Assembly (NCBI GenBank): GCA_045652205.1
Contig: JAZRTX010000023.1
Coordinates: 8,897-72,896, forward strand
Source of the DNA: Clostridia bacterium
GTDB lineage: Bacteria > Bacillota > Clostridia > Christensenellales > QALW01
Direction: 5' to 3'
DNA: 64,000 bases
Shown here: piece after piece, positions 20,344 to 29,402 of the stretch
How positions within the stretch are numbered: position 1 is the stretch's first letter
Layout: each line of letters opens with the position of its first letter
Notes under the pieces: generated by a model
What the model saw: only the letters and a program-made list of their open reading frames with translations
Told to the model about the DNA's origin: nothing
Databases searched by the model: none
Position numbers and translations under genes: made by a program

Positions 20344-21800
20344 AAGAAATTTTAATTGATTCGGGTCTTGTTTCAAAAACCGCAGTCATATTAAATGCTA
20401 ACGAGCTTGAAGACGTTTTTACAGAGCAACCACATTCCTCCTTTGGTGCGGTTGGCAGTATTTATAAGGGAATTGTTGATAACGTTGTTCCCGGTATGCA
20501 ATCGGCGTTTATCAATATCGGTTTAGATAAAAATGCCTTTTTGTTTCTTGATGATATTGAAAATAAAAATAATGAAACCGACATTTGCAAGCTATTAAAA
20601 AAAGGACAGGAAATTATCGTTCAGATAAAAAAAGAAGCCCAAGGCGTTAAAGGCGCAAGGGTTACAACTGCCATTACCCTGCCCTGCCACAGTCTTGTTT
20701 TAATGCCTTGTTACGATTACGTTGGGGTTTCTAAAAAAATTGACGATGAAAATGAAAGAGAACGCCTTAAACAAATCGTTGAAACATTAAAAGATAAAGA
20801 ACACGGCTACATTGTGCGCACCGATGCGCGCAACAAGCAGGAAGCTGAATTAAAATGTGAAATGGAATATCTGCTTTCACGTTGGGCAAGCATTTTAAAA
20901 GATGCAAAAGTAAAAACTGCACCTGCGTTAATTTCAGGGGAAGATAATCTTTTAACTACGTTAGTTCGCGATTATTTTGACGATTCAGTTGACAGAATAA
21001 TTCTTAATAACGAAAAAGATTACGAGGAAATTAAGAAAATTGCGCAGATTATGACTCCGCAGTTAAAGGATAGAATTCAGTATTCTTTTGGTGATATTTT
21101 TGGCTTAAAGGGTATTGAAACTAAAATAAAAAAGCTTTTAACAAGACACGTTTGGCTTGATAACGGCGCATATCTTGTTATTGATTACACCGAAGCTTTA
21201 ACAGTTATTGACGTTAACACAGGTAAATTTACAGGTGATAACGACCTTAAAAAGACCATATTAAAAACAAACGTTATGGCAGCAAAGGAAATTGCAAAAC
21301 AATTACGTTTAAGAGCAATCGGCGGTATAATCGTTGTTGATTTTATTGATATGGAAGCTGATGAAGATCGCGCTTTGGTGCTTAAAACTCTTGAAGAAGC
21401 AACGGCTAACGACAAGGTTAAAACTAATATTTTAGGCTTTGTTCCTTTAGGACTTTGCCAATTAACAAGAAAAAAGACAAGGTTAGGTCTTTCTGCATCA
21501 ATGCAGGTTACCTGCCCCTATTGTGAAGGCGATGGCAGAATTTTAAACGTTAATTCTGTTTTAAACAATCTTTTAAACCAATTAAGAAGATCTGCCCAAA
21601 ATAATATTGCGCCTAACGTTATTTTAAGGCTTAATCCTTACGTTTTAACCTATTTAAAAAAGCACGACCAGGAATTAAAAGAAATTATACCAAATAAACA
21701 TATTTTTGTTCGGGAAGACAGTGGAATCCATATTGAAGACTACAACATCTCTATGGTTCAGGATATTTCCGACCAAGAAGGGTTAATAAAATTATTATGA
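20340..21800 (+). CDS. rng: Rne/Rng family ribonuclease (RNase G-like)
   Basis: S1 domain (GSIYKGIVDNVVPGMQSAFINIG), TVIDVNTGKF and IIVVDFIDM catalytic motifs, and CPYCEGDG zinc link. ATGA overlap with the upstream gene. Confidence 0.85.
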   Translation: MKEILIDSGLVSKTAVILNANELEDVFTEQPHSSFGAVGSIYKGIVDNVVPGMQSAFINIGLDKNAFLFLDDIENKNNETDICKLLKKGQEIIVQIKKEAQGVKGARVTTAITLPCHSLVLMPCYDYVGVSKKIDDENERERLKQIVETLKDKEHGYIVRTDARNKQEAELKCEMEYLLSRWASILKDAKVKTAPALISGEDNLLTTLVRDYFDDSVDRIILNNEKDYEEIKKIAQIMTPQLKDRIQYSFGDIFGLKGIETKIKKLLTRHVWLDNGAYLVIDYTEALTVIDVNTGKFTGDNDLKKTILKTNVMAAKEIAKQLRLRAIGGIIVVDFIDMEADEDRALVLKTLEEATANDKVKTNILGFVPLGLCQLTRKKTRLGLSASMQVTCPYCEGDGRILNVNSVLNNLLNQLRRSAQNNIAPNVILRLNPYVLTYLKKHDQELKEIIPNKHIFVREDSGIHIEDYNISMVQDISDQEGLIKLL

Positions 21801-22861
21801 TTACTGAAAAACTTGAACTTAATAAGGAATCAGTTGAATTAGCCGCAAAGTTAATTAAGGAAGGTAACGTTGTTGCTTTTCCTACAGAAACTGTTTACGG
21901 CTTGGGGGCTGACGTTTTTAACGAAGTGGCTGTAAAAAACATCTTTCTGGCAAAAGGCAGACCTAATGATAATCCTTTGATAGTGCACGTTGCAAAAAAA
22001 GAAGATATAAGTAAAGTTGCCCGTGAAATTCCATCAAATGCACAATTGCTCATTGATGAATTTATGCCAGGACCTATTACTATTGTACTGCCAAAGAACA
22101 AAAATATCCCTGATTGTGTTACAGCGGGTTTGGATTCCGTTGGCGTACGTATTCCTGAGCATAAAGGTGCGCGGGATTTTATTGAAGCCTGCGGTTGCCC
22201 CATACCTGCGCCAAGCGCAAACTCATCAGGTAAGCCGTCTCCTACAAAAGCCGACCACGTTTACGAAGACCTTTTTGGTAAGATTCCGTTAATTCTTGAC
22301 GGTGGCGATTGCCAAAGGGGTGTTGAATCAACGGTTATTTCACTTTGCGGTGAGACTCCCCTATTACTTCGCCCAGGAATAATTACTTACGAAATGCTTA
22401 AAAAAGTGCTTGGTAAGGTTGATATTCACCCATCTGTTTTAGAAAACGGCAAGGTTGATAAGGCGGCAAGCCCCGGAATGAAATATAAGCATTATTCACC
22501 AAAGGCGCGGGTTTTAATTGTTGATGCTTACATAGAAAAAGCCTGTGAGCTTTACGATTTTGCTCTTTCTTTAAACAGAAATCCCGTTTTAATCTGGGCA
22601 GAAGAAGAAACAACCGATTTAACAAATAAAAACGTGCGTGTTTTATATAAAAATAATGATATTTCATTAGCTGCAAAAAACCTGTTTAGTTTATTAAGAC
22701 AAACAGACAAAGAAGGCTTTGACACCGTATTTATTAAAAGTGTACCATCAAAAGACGAAGGGCTTTCAGTTATGAATAGGCTCCTGCGCGCTTCGGCTTT
22801 TACGGTTTTAGATGAAAATACTGATATAAATCAACTAAAAACCGTTTTACAATTATCTTAA
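21797..22861 (+). CDS. tsaC: L-threonylcarbamoyladenylate synthase (Sua5/TsaC with Sua5 C-terminal domain)
   Basis: FPTETVYGLGAD, NIFLAKGRPNDNPLIVH and PSANSSGKPSPT motifs. ATGA overlap with rng. Confidence 0.9.
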   Translation: MITEKLELNKESVELAAKLIKEGNVVAFPTETVYGLGADVFNEVAVKNIFLAKGRPNDNPLIVHVAKKEDISKVAREIPSNAQLLIDEFMPGPITIVLPKNKNIPDCVTAGLDSVGVRIPEHKGARDFIEACGCPIPAPSANSSGKPSPTKADHVYEDLFGKIPLILDGGDCQRGVESTVISLCGETPLLLRPGIITYEMLKKVLGKVDIHPSVLENGKVDKAASPGMKYKHYSPKARVLIVDAYIEKACELYDFALSLNRNPVLIWAEEETTDLTNKNVRVLYKNNDISLAAKNLFSLLRQTDKEGFDTVFIKSVPSKDEGLSVMNRLLRASAFTVLDENTDINQLKTVLQLS

Positions 22862-22934
22862 AAATTCATAATTATAAGATATAATTACTTATTTTTACCC
22901 TTAAACAAAATCAAAAAACATAAAATATTATCAA

Positions 22935-22980
22935 AAAACGGATAACGGTTTACCTTTACGGAAAACCGTTATTTTGTTAA
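22935..22980 (+). terminator. intrinsic terminator after tsaC
   Basis: ATAACGGTTT / AAACCGTTAT 10-bp stem followed by TTTTGTT. Confidence 0.65.
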
Positions 22981-23001
22981 TATTTTACTGAGGTGATTGT
23001 T

Positions 23002-23661
23002 TTGAGGGCGGGCATCGTTTACATAAAGGTTCCCATTGATGCAATAAATTACGAAAAGACTGATGATGACGTTACTTTTTTAAAGGAAAGCATTAAAATG
23101 TACGGGCTTTTGCAACCTGTGGGAATAAAAGCAAAAGAGGATGGATATAAACTTTTATTTGGTAAAAAGCGTATAAAAGCCTGCAAGGAACTTGGGCATA
23201 AATATATTCACAGCGTGCTTGTTTCCGTTCGGGAAGACGAAGAAAAATATCTTAATTTTATTGAAAACATTCACCGAAGCAATGATGATTTTTTATATTC
23301 TGCCCTTAACACCTTTAAAGGCGCAGATTTAAAGGAAAGCCTTTGCCTTTCACCGCAGGATATGCATTATATTGAGGCGCTGTACCCCTTAGATGAATTT
23401 GCCCGTGAAAAATTTACTAAAAAAACTATTCCTTTTATAAAAGACGCAAAAGGTGATAGTAAGTACTTTTTAAGAATGTGTGCTGTTATTGATAATATTC
23501 CTTTAACAGCAAAAGAAAAAATACGGTTATCATATTTAACGGATAAGCGCATCTTTTTAAACGAAATTGAAAAGATAGTTGATTTAATGCGACTTTATGG
23601 GCATAACGACACCTTTATTGAAGATAAAGATAAGATAATTATAAAAAAGAACGCAGTATAG
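23002..23661 (+). CDS. orphan ParB/Srx N-terminal-domain protein
   Basis: ParB-like blocks: IKVPIDAINY, SIKMYGLLQPVGIK, GKKRIKACKELG, FIENIHRSN. TTG 23002 lies 5 nt after GAGGTGA. The track's GTG 22993 lies inside that SD. Confidence 0.6.
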   Translation: MRAGIVYIKVPIDAINYEKTDDDVTFLKESIKMYGLLQPVGIKAKEDGYKLLFGKKRIKACKELGHKYIHSVLVSVREDEEKYLNFIENIHRSNDDFLYSALNTFKGADLKESLCLSPQDMHYIEALYPLDEFAREKFTKKTIPFIKDAKGDSKYFLRMCAVIDNIPLTAKEKIRLSYLTDKRIFLNEIEKIVDLMRLYGHNDTFIEDKDKIIIKKNAV

Positions 23662-23692
23662 AGAGAGTAAATATTTACTCTCTCTTTTAAGT
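23662..23692 (+). terminator. intrinsic terminator after the ParB-like gene
   Basis: AGAGAGAGTAAATATTTACTCTCTCT hairpin followed by TTTT. Confidence 0.65.
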
Positions 23693-23746
23693 TTATTTTC
23701 AACAAAAAAAAGTTTGTTTTTAACAAAAAAAACGTTTCCTTCAATG

Positions 23747-23775
23747 TTGATTTTGCCTTGCTAATATGGTATAAT
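23747..23775 (+). promoter_or_regulatory. sigma-A promoter of GH140-like paralog A
   Basis: TTGATT, 17 nt, TGG-TATAAT (extended -10). Confidence 0.6.
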
Positions 23776-23806
23776 TATAAAAAATTTTAGGCGGTGAATC
23801 AATTAT

Positions 23807-25885
23807 ATGAACCTTAAAACCATTGCATATAAAAGATGTGAAATTGTTTTAGAAAGCACAAAGCAATACGACAATCCTTTTATGGACGTTGATATTGACG
23901 CTACTTTTACCCATTCTGACGGCACTGAAATTAAGATTCCTGGTTTCTGGAACGGTGAAAATCAATGGAAAGTTCGTTTCAGTTCAGAAAAAGAAGGGCT
24001 TTGGCAGTATGAAGTAGTTTGCACTGACAAGGAGAACGCTTCACTTTTTGATAAAGGTACTATTGACGTTGCACCTTGCCTTAACCCTAAAACCGAACTT
24101 GAAAAACACGGCTACGTTCGCCTTGAAGAAGGCAAAAGGCACTTTGTATATAATGACGGCACACCGTTCTTTTATTTAGGCGACACACATTGGATGATGC
24201 CTGATTTTGAACGCTTACACGAATGCAACTACCCAGGTTGTTCCTGCGGTAATCAGTTTAAGCATCTTGCAGACGACCGTATTAAAAAAGGCTTTAACGT
24301 TTATCAAACGTATTTTTCAGGCGCAAGGGTAGCAAAACACGCTTCGGGCGCTGAAGGATGGTGGAAAGATAACACCTTTACTTTAATTAACCCTAACGCA
24401 TTTAATACAACAATGGATATTATGATTGAATATCTTGCTGAAAACGGTATGACCATTGCATTAGGCTTTGGTACACATTTTTCAACAGCAAAAGGATATA
24501 ACTACAACGTATCTGCAATGAAGGCTTTTGCAAAGTACTGTGTTGCAAGATACGCTTGCTATCCGATAATCTGGATTACCGCGCAAGAGATCACCACAAA
24601 CGACCGCCTTGCCTTTGATTGTTGGAAACAGGTTGGCGCTTACGTTGGTGAAGTTGACGGATTTAAAAGACCTAACGGCGCACACATGCACGTGCATCCC
24701 CTTGAAAGCGCCAAGAGCCAGGAAGTTGATAAAGAGCCTTGGCATCAGTGGTGGACGTTGCAGGCAGGCCACGGCGGATATGAAAAAGTTCAGCACCGTG
24801 ATTTTTACAAGGGATATTATTTTGATAAGAAGACATTTGTTGAAACAGAATGTCAGTACGAGGATATTTACTGCAACGGTTTTTGCGGACACGATGCACC
24901 AAGAATGGGCGCATGGAATGCAATGCAATGCGGTAGCGGTGGCTTCACCTACGGCGTAACGGGCATTTGGGCAATGGGTTGGCATCAAAAATACGCACCG
25001 GGCTTAATTAACTATTCACCTGAATCATGGTTTACCGGTATGGATAAACCCGGTTCCGATCAGGTTTGCTATATGAAAAAGTTCTACGATTACGTTAAAT
25101 GGTACGAATTAGTGCCCTGCTTTGACCATTCGTTAGGTAACTTTGACGATAGAAACCATATTGCAATTTCACATAAGGGTGATGACGTTTTTGTTTATTA
25201 CTTCTACACCAAGCGCGCAGACACAGGTTTTTTAAGCGCACTTTGCCCGAACACAAGCTATCAGGCAAGGCTTTTTGACCCCATCGTTGGTAAATTTATT
25301 GATATTGATGACGTTACAAGTGATGCTTTAGGTAATGCACCTATCCCATCATTCCCTGCACCAAGGGATTGGGTTCTTTTACTTAACAAAAAGGAAATTG
25401 ACTTTGGTCCTTACGAATCTTACGAATATCCAAAGATGAATCCTTTAATCGCTACAAGCGAAGCTATTATTGATGAAGAACTTGAAATCGTTAGCTTAAA
25501 GGCTTCTTCAGAAGATGAAGATTATCCTGCACAAAATATGCTTGATAATAATCCTGAAACTTATTGGCAGGGCTTTGCGCCTAAAACAAGCCAGACCATT
25601 ACCGTTGATTTAGGTGAAGTTAAGCATTTTGATTACGTTCACTTTGAATGTGTTAATAAGCTTCGCCCAATTCAGTTCAGAATTTGGGGTTCAAAGGATG
25701 GCGAAAATTACGATCTTTTAACTGAACGCTATCAGGGCCTTGTTGTTGGTGAAAGATTTAGCAGATACTTTGATGCAACAAGCGGTGATTACAGATTTGT
25801 GCGTGTGTTCTTTAATTCTGACGTAACGCAGGACACCCAATTAAAGTTATCTAAATTTGCTGTTTACACAAAGAAAAACGACTAA
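23807..25885 (+). CDS. DUF5060 + DUF4038 (GH140-like) glycoside hydrolase with C-terminal F5/8 type C domain, paralog A, no signal peptide
   Basis: N-terminal YDNPFMDVDIDATF...GFWNGENQWKVRF (DUF5060-like), FFYLGDTHWMM (DUF4038-like), and C-terminal NMLDNNPETYWQG discoidin motif. Confidence 0.6.
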   Translation: MNLKTIAYKRCEIVLESTKQYDNPFMDVDIDATFTHSDGTEIKIPGFWNGENQWKVRFSSEKEGLWQYEVVCTDKENASLFDKGTIDVAPCLNPKTELEKHGYVRLEEGKRHFVYNDGTPFFYLGDTHWMMPDFERLHECNYPGCSCGNQFKHLADDRIKKGFNVYQTYFSGARVAKHASGAEGWWKDNTFTLINPNAFNTTMDIMIEYLAENGMTIALGFGTHFSTAKGYNYNVSAMKAFAKYCVARYACYPIIWITAQEITTNDRLAFDCWKQVGAYVGEVDGFKRPNGAHMHVHPLESAKSQEVDKEPWHQWWTLQAGHGGYEKVQHRDFYKGYYFDKKTFVETECQYEDIYCNGFCGHDAPRMGAWNAMQCGSGGFTYGVTGIWAMGWHQKYAPGLINYSPESWFTGMDKPGSDQVCYMKKFYDYVKWYELVPCFDHSLGNFDDRNHIAISHKGDDVFVYYFYTKRADTGFLSALCPNTSYQARLFDPIVGKFIDIDDVTSDALGNAPIPSFPAPRDWVLLLNKKEIDFGPYESYEYPKMNPLIATSEAIIDEELEIVSLKASSEDEDYPAQNMLDNNPETYWQGFAPKTSQTITVDLGEVKHFDYVHFECVNKLRPIQFRIWGSKDGENYDLLTERYQGLVVGERFSRYFDATSGDYRFVRVFFNSDVTQDTQLKLSKFAVYTKKND

Positions 25886-25892
25886 CATAAAA

Positions 25893-25935
25893 AAACAAAG
25901 AAGTGCTTTGAAGGCACTTCTTTGTTTTTGGTATA
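25893..25935 (+). terminator. intrinsic terminator between the two paralogs
   Basis: ACAAAGAAGTGC / GCACTTCTTTGT stem followed by TTTTT. Confidence 0.75.
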
Positions 25936-25964
25936 TTGACTTTTTTGAGGTTTTATGGTATAAT
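25936..25964 (+). promoter_or_regulatory. sigma-A promoter of GH140-like paralog B
   Basis: TTGACT, 17 nt, TGG-TATAAT. The -10 block TATGGTATAATTA is shared with paralog A. Confidence 0.65.
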
Positions 25965-25993
25965 TACTTTAACGATAAAGTCGGAGGCTTACC

Positions 25994-28066
25994 ATGGACA
26001 TTTTAACAAACGTTTATAAGCGATGCGAAATCGTTTTAGAAAGCACAAAACAATACGATAATCCTTTTATGGACGTTGATATTGACGCTACTTTTACCCA
26101 TTCTGACGGCACTGTAATTAAGATTCCGGGCTTCTGGAACGGTGAAAATCAGTGGAAAGTGCGTTTTAGCGCAGAAAAGGAAGGGCTTTGGCAATATGAA
26201 GTAGTTTGTAGCGATAAGAACAACACTTCACTTTTTGATAAAGGTACTATTAACGCTTTACCCTGCCTTAATCCTAAAACCGAACTTGAAAAGCACGGCT
26301 ACGTTCGCCTTGAAGAAGGTAAAAAGCACTTTGTATATAACGATGGCACACCCTTCTTTTATTTAGCTGATACACATTGGATGATGCCTGATTTTGAACG
26401 CTTACACCAGTGTAACTACCCCGGTTGTTCTTGCGGTAATCAGTTTAAGCATCTTGCAGATGACCGTATAAAAAAAGGTTTTACTGTATATCAGACTTAT
26501 TTTTGGGGTTCAAGAATTCAGAAAACGTCCGCCGGTGCAGAAGGTTGGTGGACTGATGACACCTATACAAAAATTAACCCCAATGCTTTTAATAGCACAA
26601 TGGATAAAATGATTGAATACTTAGCCGATAACGGCATTACCGTTGCATTAGGCTTTGGCACACATCATTCAACTGTAAGAATGTATAATTATAATATTGA
26701 GCCAATGAAAAAGTTTGCAAGGTACTGTGTTGCAAGATATGCTTGCTATCCTGTAATATGGATTACGGGGCAGGAAGTAAACGATTTTGATAAAGAAGCA
26801 TATAAATGCTGGATGCCTGTTGGTGCAACCGTTATGGAATGTGATGGTTTTAACCGACCCAACGGCGCACACATGCACGCAGTAGCTTACGAAACAGATC
26901 AGATACAAAATCTTGGCAATCAGCCATGGCATCAGTGGTGGACTGTTCAGGCAGGCCACGGTGGCTACGATCTTCTTGTTTCCCGCTATTATTATAAAGG
27001 TTATTACAACGATAAAAAAATGTTTGTTGAAACCGAAAGTCAGTATGAAGACGTTTATTGTAACGGTTTTTGCGGGCACGATGCTTCAAGGCTTAGCGCA
27101 TGGCAGGCACTTCAATCAGGCAGTGGCGGTTTCACCTATGGCGCAACAGGTATATGGGTTTTAAGTTGGGATCAGAAAAAAGAACCTGCAATGGTAAATT
27201 ATTCACCTGATTCATGGTATAGCGGTATTGACAGACCCGGCTCTGATCAGGTTAGCTATATGAAGAAATTTTATGATTACGTTAAATGGTATGAATTAGA
27301 GCCTTCTTTTGACCACACGTACGGCAATTTTGACGACAGAAACCATATTGCAATTTCCCATAAAGGTGATGACGTTTTCGTTTATTACTTCTTTACCAAA
27401 AGTGCTGATACAGGATATTTTACTTCCCTTTGCCCTAACACAAGTTATAAAGCCAGATTATTTGATACAATCGCCGGTAAATTTATTGATATTGATGACG
27501 TTGTTAGTGATAAAGACGGTAAGGCATCAATTCCTACATTCCCTGCGCCAAGGGATTGGGTGCTTTTATTAAACAAAAAAGAAATTGACTTTGGTCCTTA
27601 TGAAGCATATAAATACCCCACAATCCATCCTTTAATTGCAACAAAGGATGCAAAAATCAACGAAGAACTTAACATTGTTGATTTAAAGGTTTCTTCAGAA
27701 GATGATGCGCATCCTGCAAAAAATATGCTGGATAACAATCCCGAAACTTATTGGCAAGGCTATAAAAAGCATACAAGCCAGACCATTACTGCTGATTTAG
27801 GTGAAATAAAGCACTTTGATTACGTTCATTTTGAATGTATAAACAAATTAAGACCTGTTCAGTTCAGAATATGGGGTTCAAAAGATGGCGAAAACTACGA
27901 TCTTTTAACAGAACGCTTTACAGGGCTTGTTGTTGGGGATAGATTCAGCAAATACTTTGATGCAACAAGCGGTGATTACAGATTTATCCGTATTTTCTTT
28001 AATTCAGATAAAACACAAGAAATTCCGTTAATGTTATCCAAGTTTGCAATTTATACAAAGGAATAA
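25994..28066 (+). CDS. DUF5060 + DUF4038 (GH140-like) glycoside hydrolase with C-terminal F5/8 type C domain, paralog B
   Basis: Collinear with 23807-25885 over its full length, roughly four-fifths identical residues by eye. Confidence 0.6.
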   Translation: MDILTNVYKRCEIVLESTKQYDNPFMDVDIDATFTHSDGTVIKIPGFWNGENQWKVRFSAEKEGLWQYEVVCSDKNNTSLFDKGTINALPCLNPKTELEKHGYVRLEEGKKHFVYNDGTPFFYLADTHWMMPDFERLHQCNYPGCSCGNQFKHLADDRIKKGFTVYQTYFWGSRIQKTSAGAEGWWTDDTYTKINPNAFNSTMDKMIEYLADNGITVALGFGTHHSTVRMYNYNIEPMKKFARYCVARYACYPVIWITGQEVNDFDKEAYKCWMPVGATVMECDGFNRPNGAHMHAVAYETDQIQNLGNQPWHQWWTVQAGHGGYDLLVSRYYYKGYYNDKKMFVETESQYEDVYCNGFCGHDASRLSAWQALQSGSGGFTYGATGIWVLSWDQKKEPAMVNYSPDSWYSGIDRPGSDQVSYMKKFYDYVKWYELEPSFDHTYGNFDDRNHIAISHKGDDVFVYYFFTKSADTGYFTSLCPNTSYKARLFDTIAGKFIDIDDVVSDKDGKASIPTFPAPRDWVLLLNKKEIDFGPYEAYKYPTIHPLIATKDAKINEELNIVDLKVSSEDDAHPAKNMLDNNPETYWQGYKKHTSQTITADLGEIKHFDYVHFECINKLRPVQFRIWGSKDGENYDLLTERFTGLVVGDRFSKYFDATSGDYRFIRIFFNSDKTQEIPLMLSKFAIYTKE

Positions 28067-28067
28067 A

Positions 28068-28100
28068 ACAAAGCGAACAGTTTTTACTGTTCGCTTTTTA
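28068..28100. terminator. bidirectional terminator between paralog B and spoIID
   Basis: AGCGAACAG / CTGTTCGCT stem with flanking A/T tracts. The spoIID stop lies in the loop. Confidence 0.7.
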
Positions 28101-29049
28101 ATTTTTGGATATTTGTACCTGTATAGTAATGAGTAAGAATTTCTTTATAAGTTTTGCCGTTCTTTGCAAGCTCGTTTGCGCCAAACTGTGAAAGCCCTAC
28201 CCCATGACCATACCCTTTGGTATAAAAAGTTATGCCTTCATTTAAAATTTCAAATGTAAAATCTGTGCTTCGTAAACCAAGTGCTTTTCTTAGAGCCGTT
28301 GCTTTTACGCTTTTTTCACCTAATTTAAGTGTAGAAACTCTGCCCGCAGAAGTATAAGATATTATTTTTATTTTGATTTCAGTTAAATTTAAGCTAAATG
28401 CCTTATTTATTTTTTCTAAAAAATCTGCTTTTAAAAAACTTTGGGAAACTGTTTTTATATCCTGACTTACAGGGGAAGAAACGCTTGTTAAATAAGGCTG
28501 TGTTCCCCCAAAAACCGCAACGGAATCTTCTGTTTTACCATAGCTTGACGAATGATATAATGCGCATATAGGGTTGTTCTGATAAGTTATGATTTCACCT
28601 TTTGTTGAATAAACTGCATCTTTAATTTTGGAATAATATTTTTCATAATCTTCGCCCCAGTTTTTTACCATATCTTCATTTGTTTTATAGGCTTGACAGT
28701 GGTTGCTCATTGTGCAAATATCGCCACCGCCTGCACACCCGCCGTTTTCCATTTTATAAACTAAATAAGTGCGCGCCGCACCCGCCTGCGCTTTAACGGC
28801 TTCTTTTAAAAAGGTAGGATATACTTCGCCTGCAACAACGTTTATTAAATATTCTTCCATATCCATTGAAATAATGTTGCCGTTATGATTTACGTTTACT
28901 TTTTTTGAAGCGGTTATATTGATTGTTTCTTTTGTAACTGTTGGCTTTATGATTTCAGTTTTTGGGGGTTCATTTATAAAAAATATACAAAAAGTAAGCA
29001 TTACTATTGCAATAACACACGCTAAAATCAGTATTAGTTTATCTTTCAT
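28084..29049 (-). CDS. spoIID: SpoIID/LytB domain protein (stage II sporulation protein D-like)
   Basis: N-terminal anchor, AQAGAARTY, YHSSSYGKTE and GHGVGLSQFGA motifs of the SpoIID family. Confidence 0.8.
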   Translation of the reverse strand: MKDKLILILACVIAIVMLTFCIFFINEPPKTEIIKPTVTKETINITASKKVNVNHNGNIISMDMEEYLINVVAGEVYPTFLKEAVKAQAGAARTYLVYKMENGGCAGGGDICTMSNHCQAYKTNEDMVKNWGEDYEKYYSKIKDAVYSTKGEIITYQNNPICALYHSSSYGKTEDSVAVFGGTQPYLTSVSSPVSQDIKTVSQSFLKADFLEKINKAFSLNLTEIKIKIISYTSAGRVSTLKLGEKSVKATALRKALGLRSTDFTFEILNEGITFYTKGYGHGVGLSQFGANELAKNGKTYKEILTHYYTGTNIQKLKSEQ

Positions 29050-29057
29050 ACGTTCAC

Positions 29058-29402
29058 CTAATCAATAACGTAAGGCAAGCCTAAAATTACGTTTTCGCCT
29101 GAAAAAATAACCTGCATAAAAGGATTGCCCCCTTTAAGATTATGCTTATCTTTATAAACGTATTCTTTTATAATTTCGCCATCTGGAATTTTTTTTGCTT
29201 TATCTTCTTCCCCTTTTGCGATTTTATAAACAAAGTACCCTTTTGCCTGCCATTTTTCACTGTTAATTAAAAGACTGTCTGCAATACTATCCTTTGATAC
29301 AACAAGATAGGTTTGGTCTATTGTGTGATTCATAATAGGAAACGTGCACAGGCAAAAAAGAAGCATACTTAAAATTATTAAAACTATTATATATTTTTCC
29401 AT
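29058..29402 (-). CDS. hypothetical membrane-anchored protein
   Basis: 114-aa ORF with one N-terminal TM segment, 8 nt upstream of spoIID. No recognisable family. Confidence 0.45.
   Translation of the reverse strand: MEKYIIVLIILSMLLFCLCTFPIMNHTIDQTYLVVSKDSIADSLLINSEKWQAKGYFVYKIAKGEEDKAKKIPDGEIIKEYVYKDKHNLKGGNPFMQVIFSGENVILGLPYVID

Noticed and set aside
24482-27164. Antisense or alternative-frame ORFs inside both GH140-like genes (24482-24988, 24609-24959, 24672-24923, 26669-27079, 26850-27089, 26913-27164)
   Set aside because: They recur at equivalent positions only because the host genes are paralogs. They have no SD, odd composition, and are fully contained in well-supported genes.
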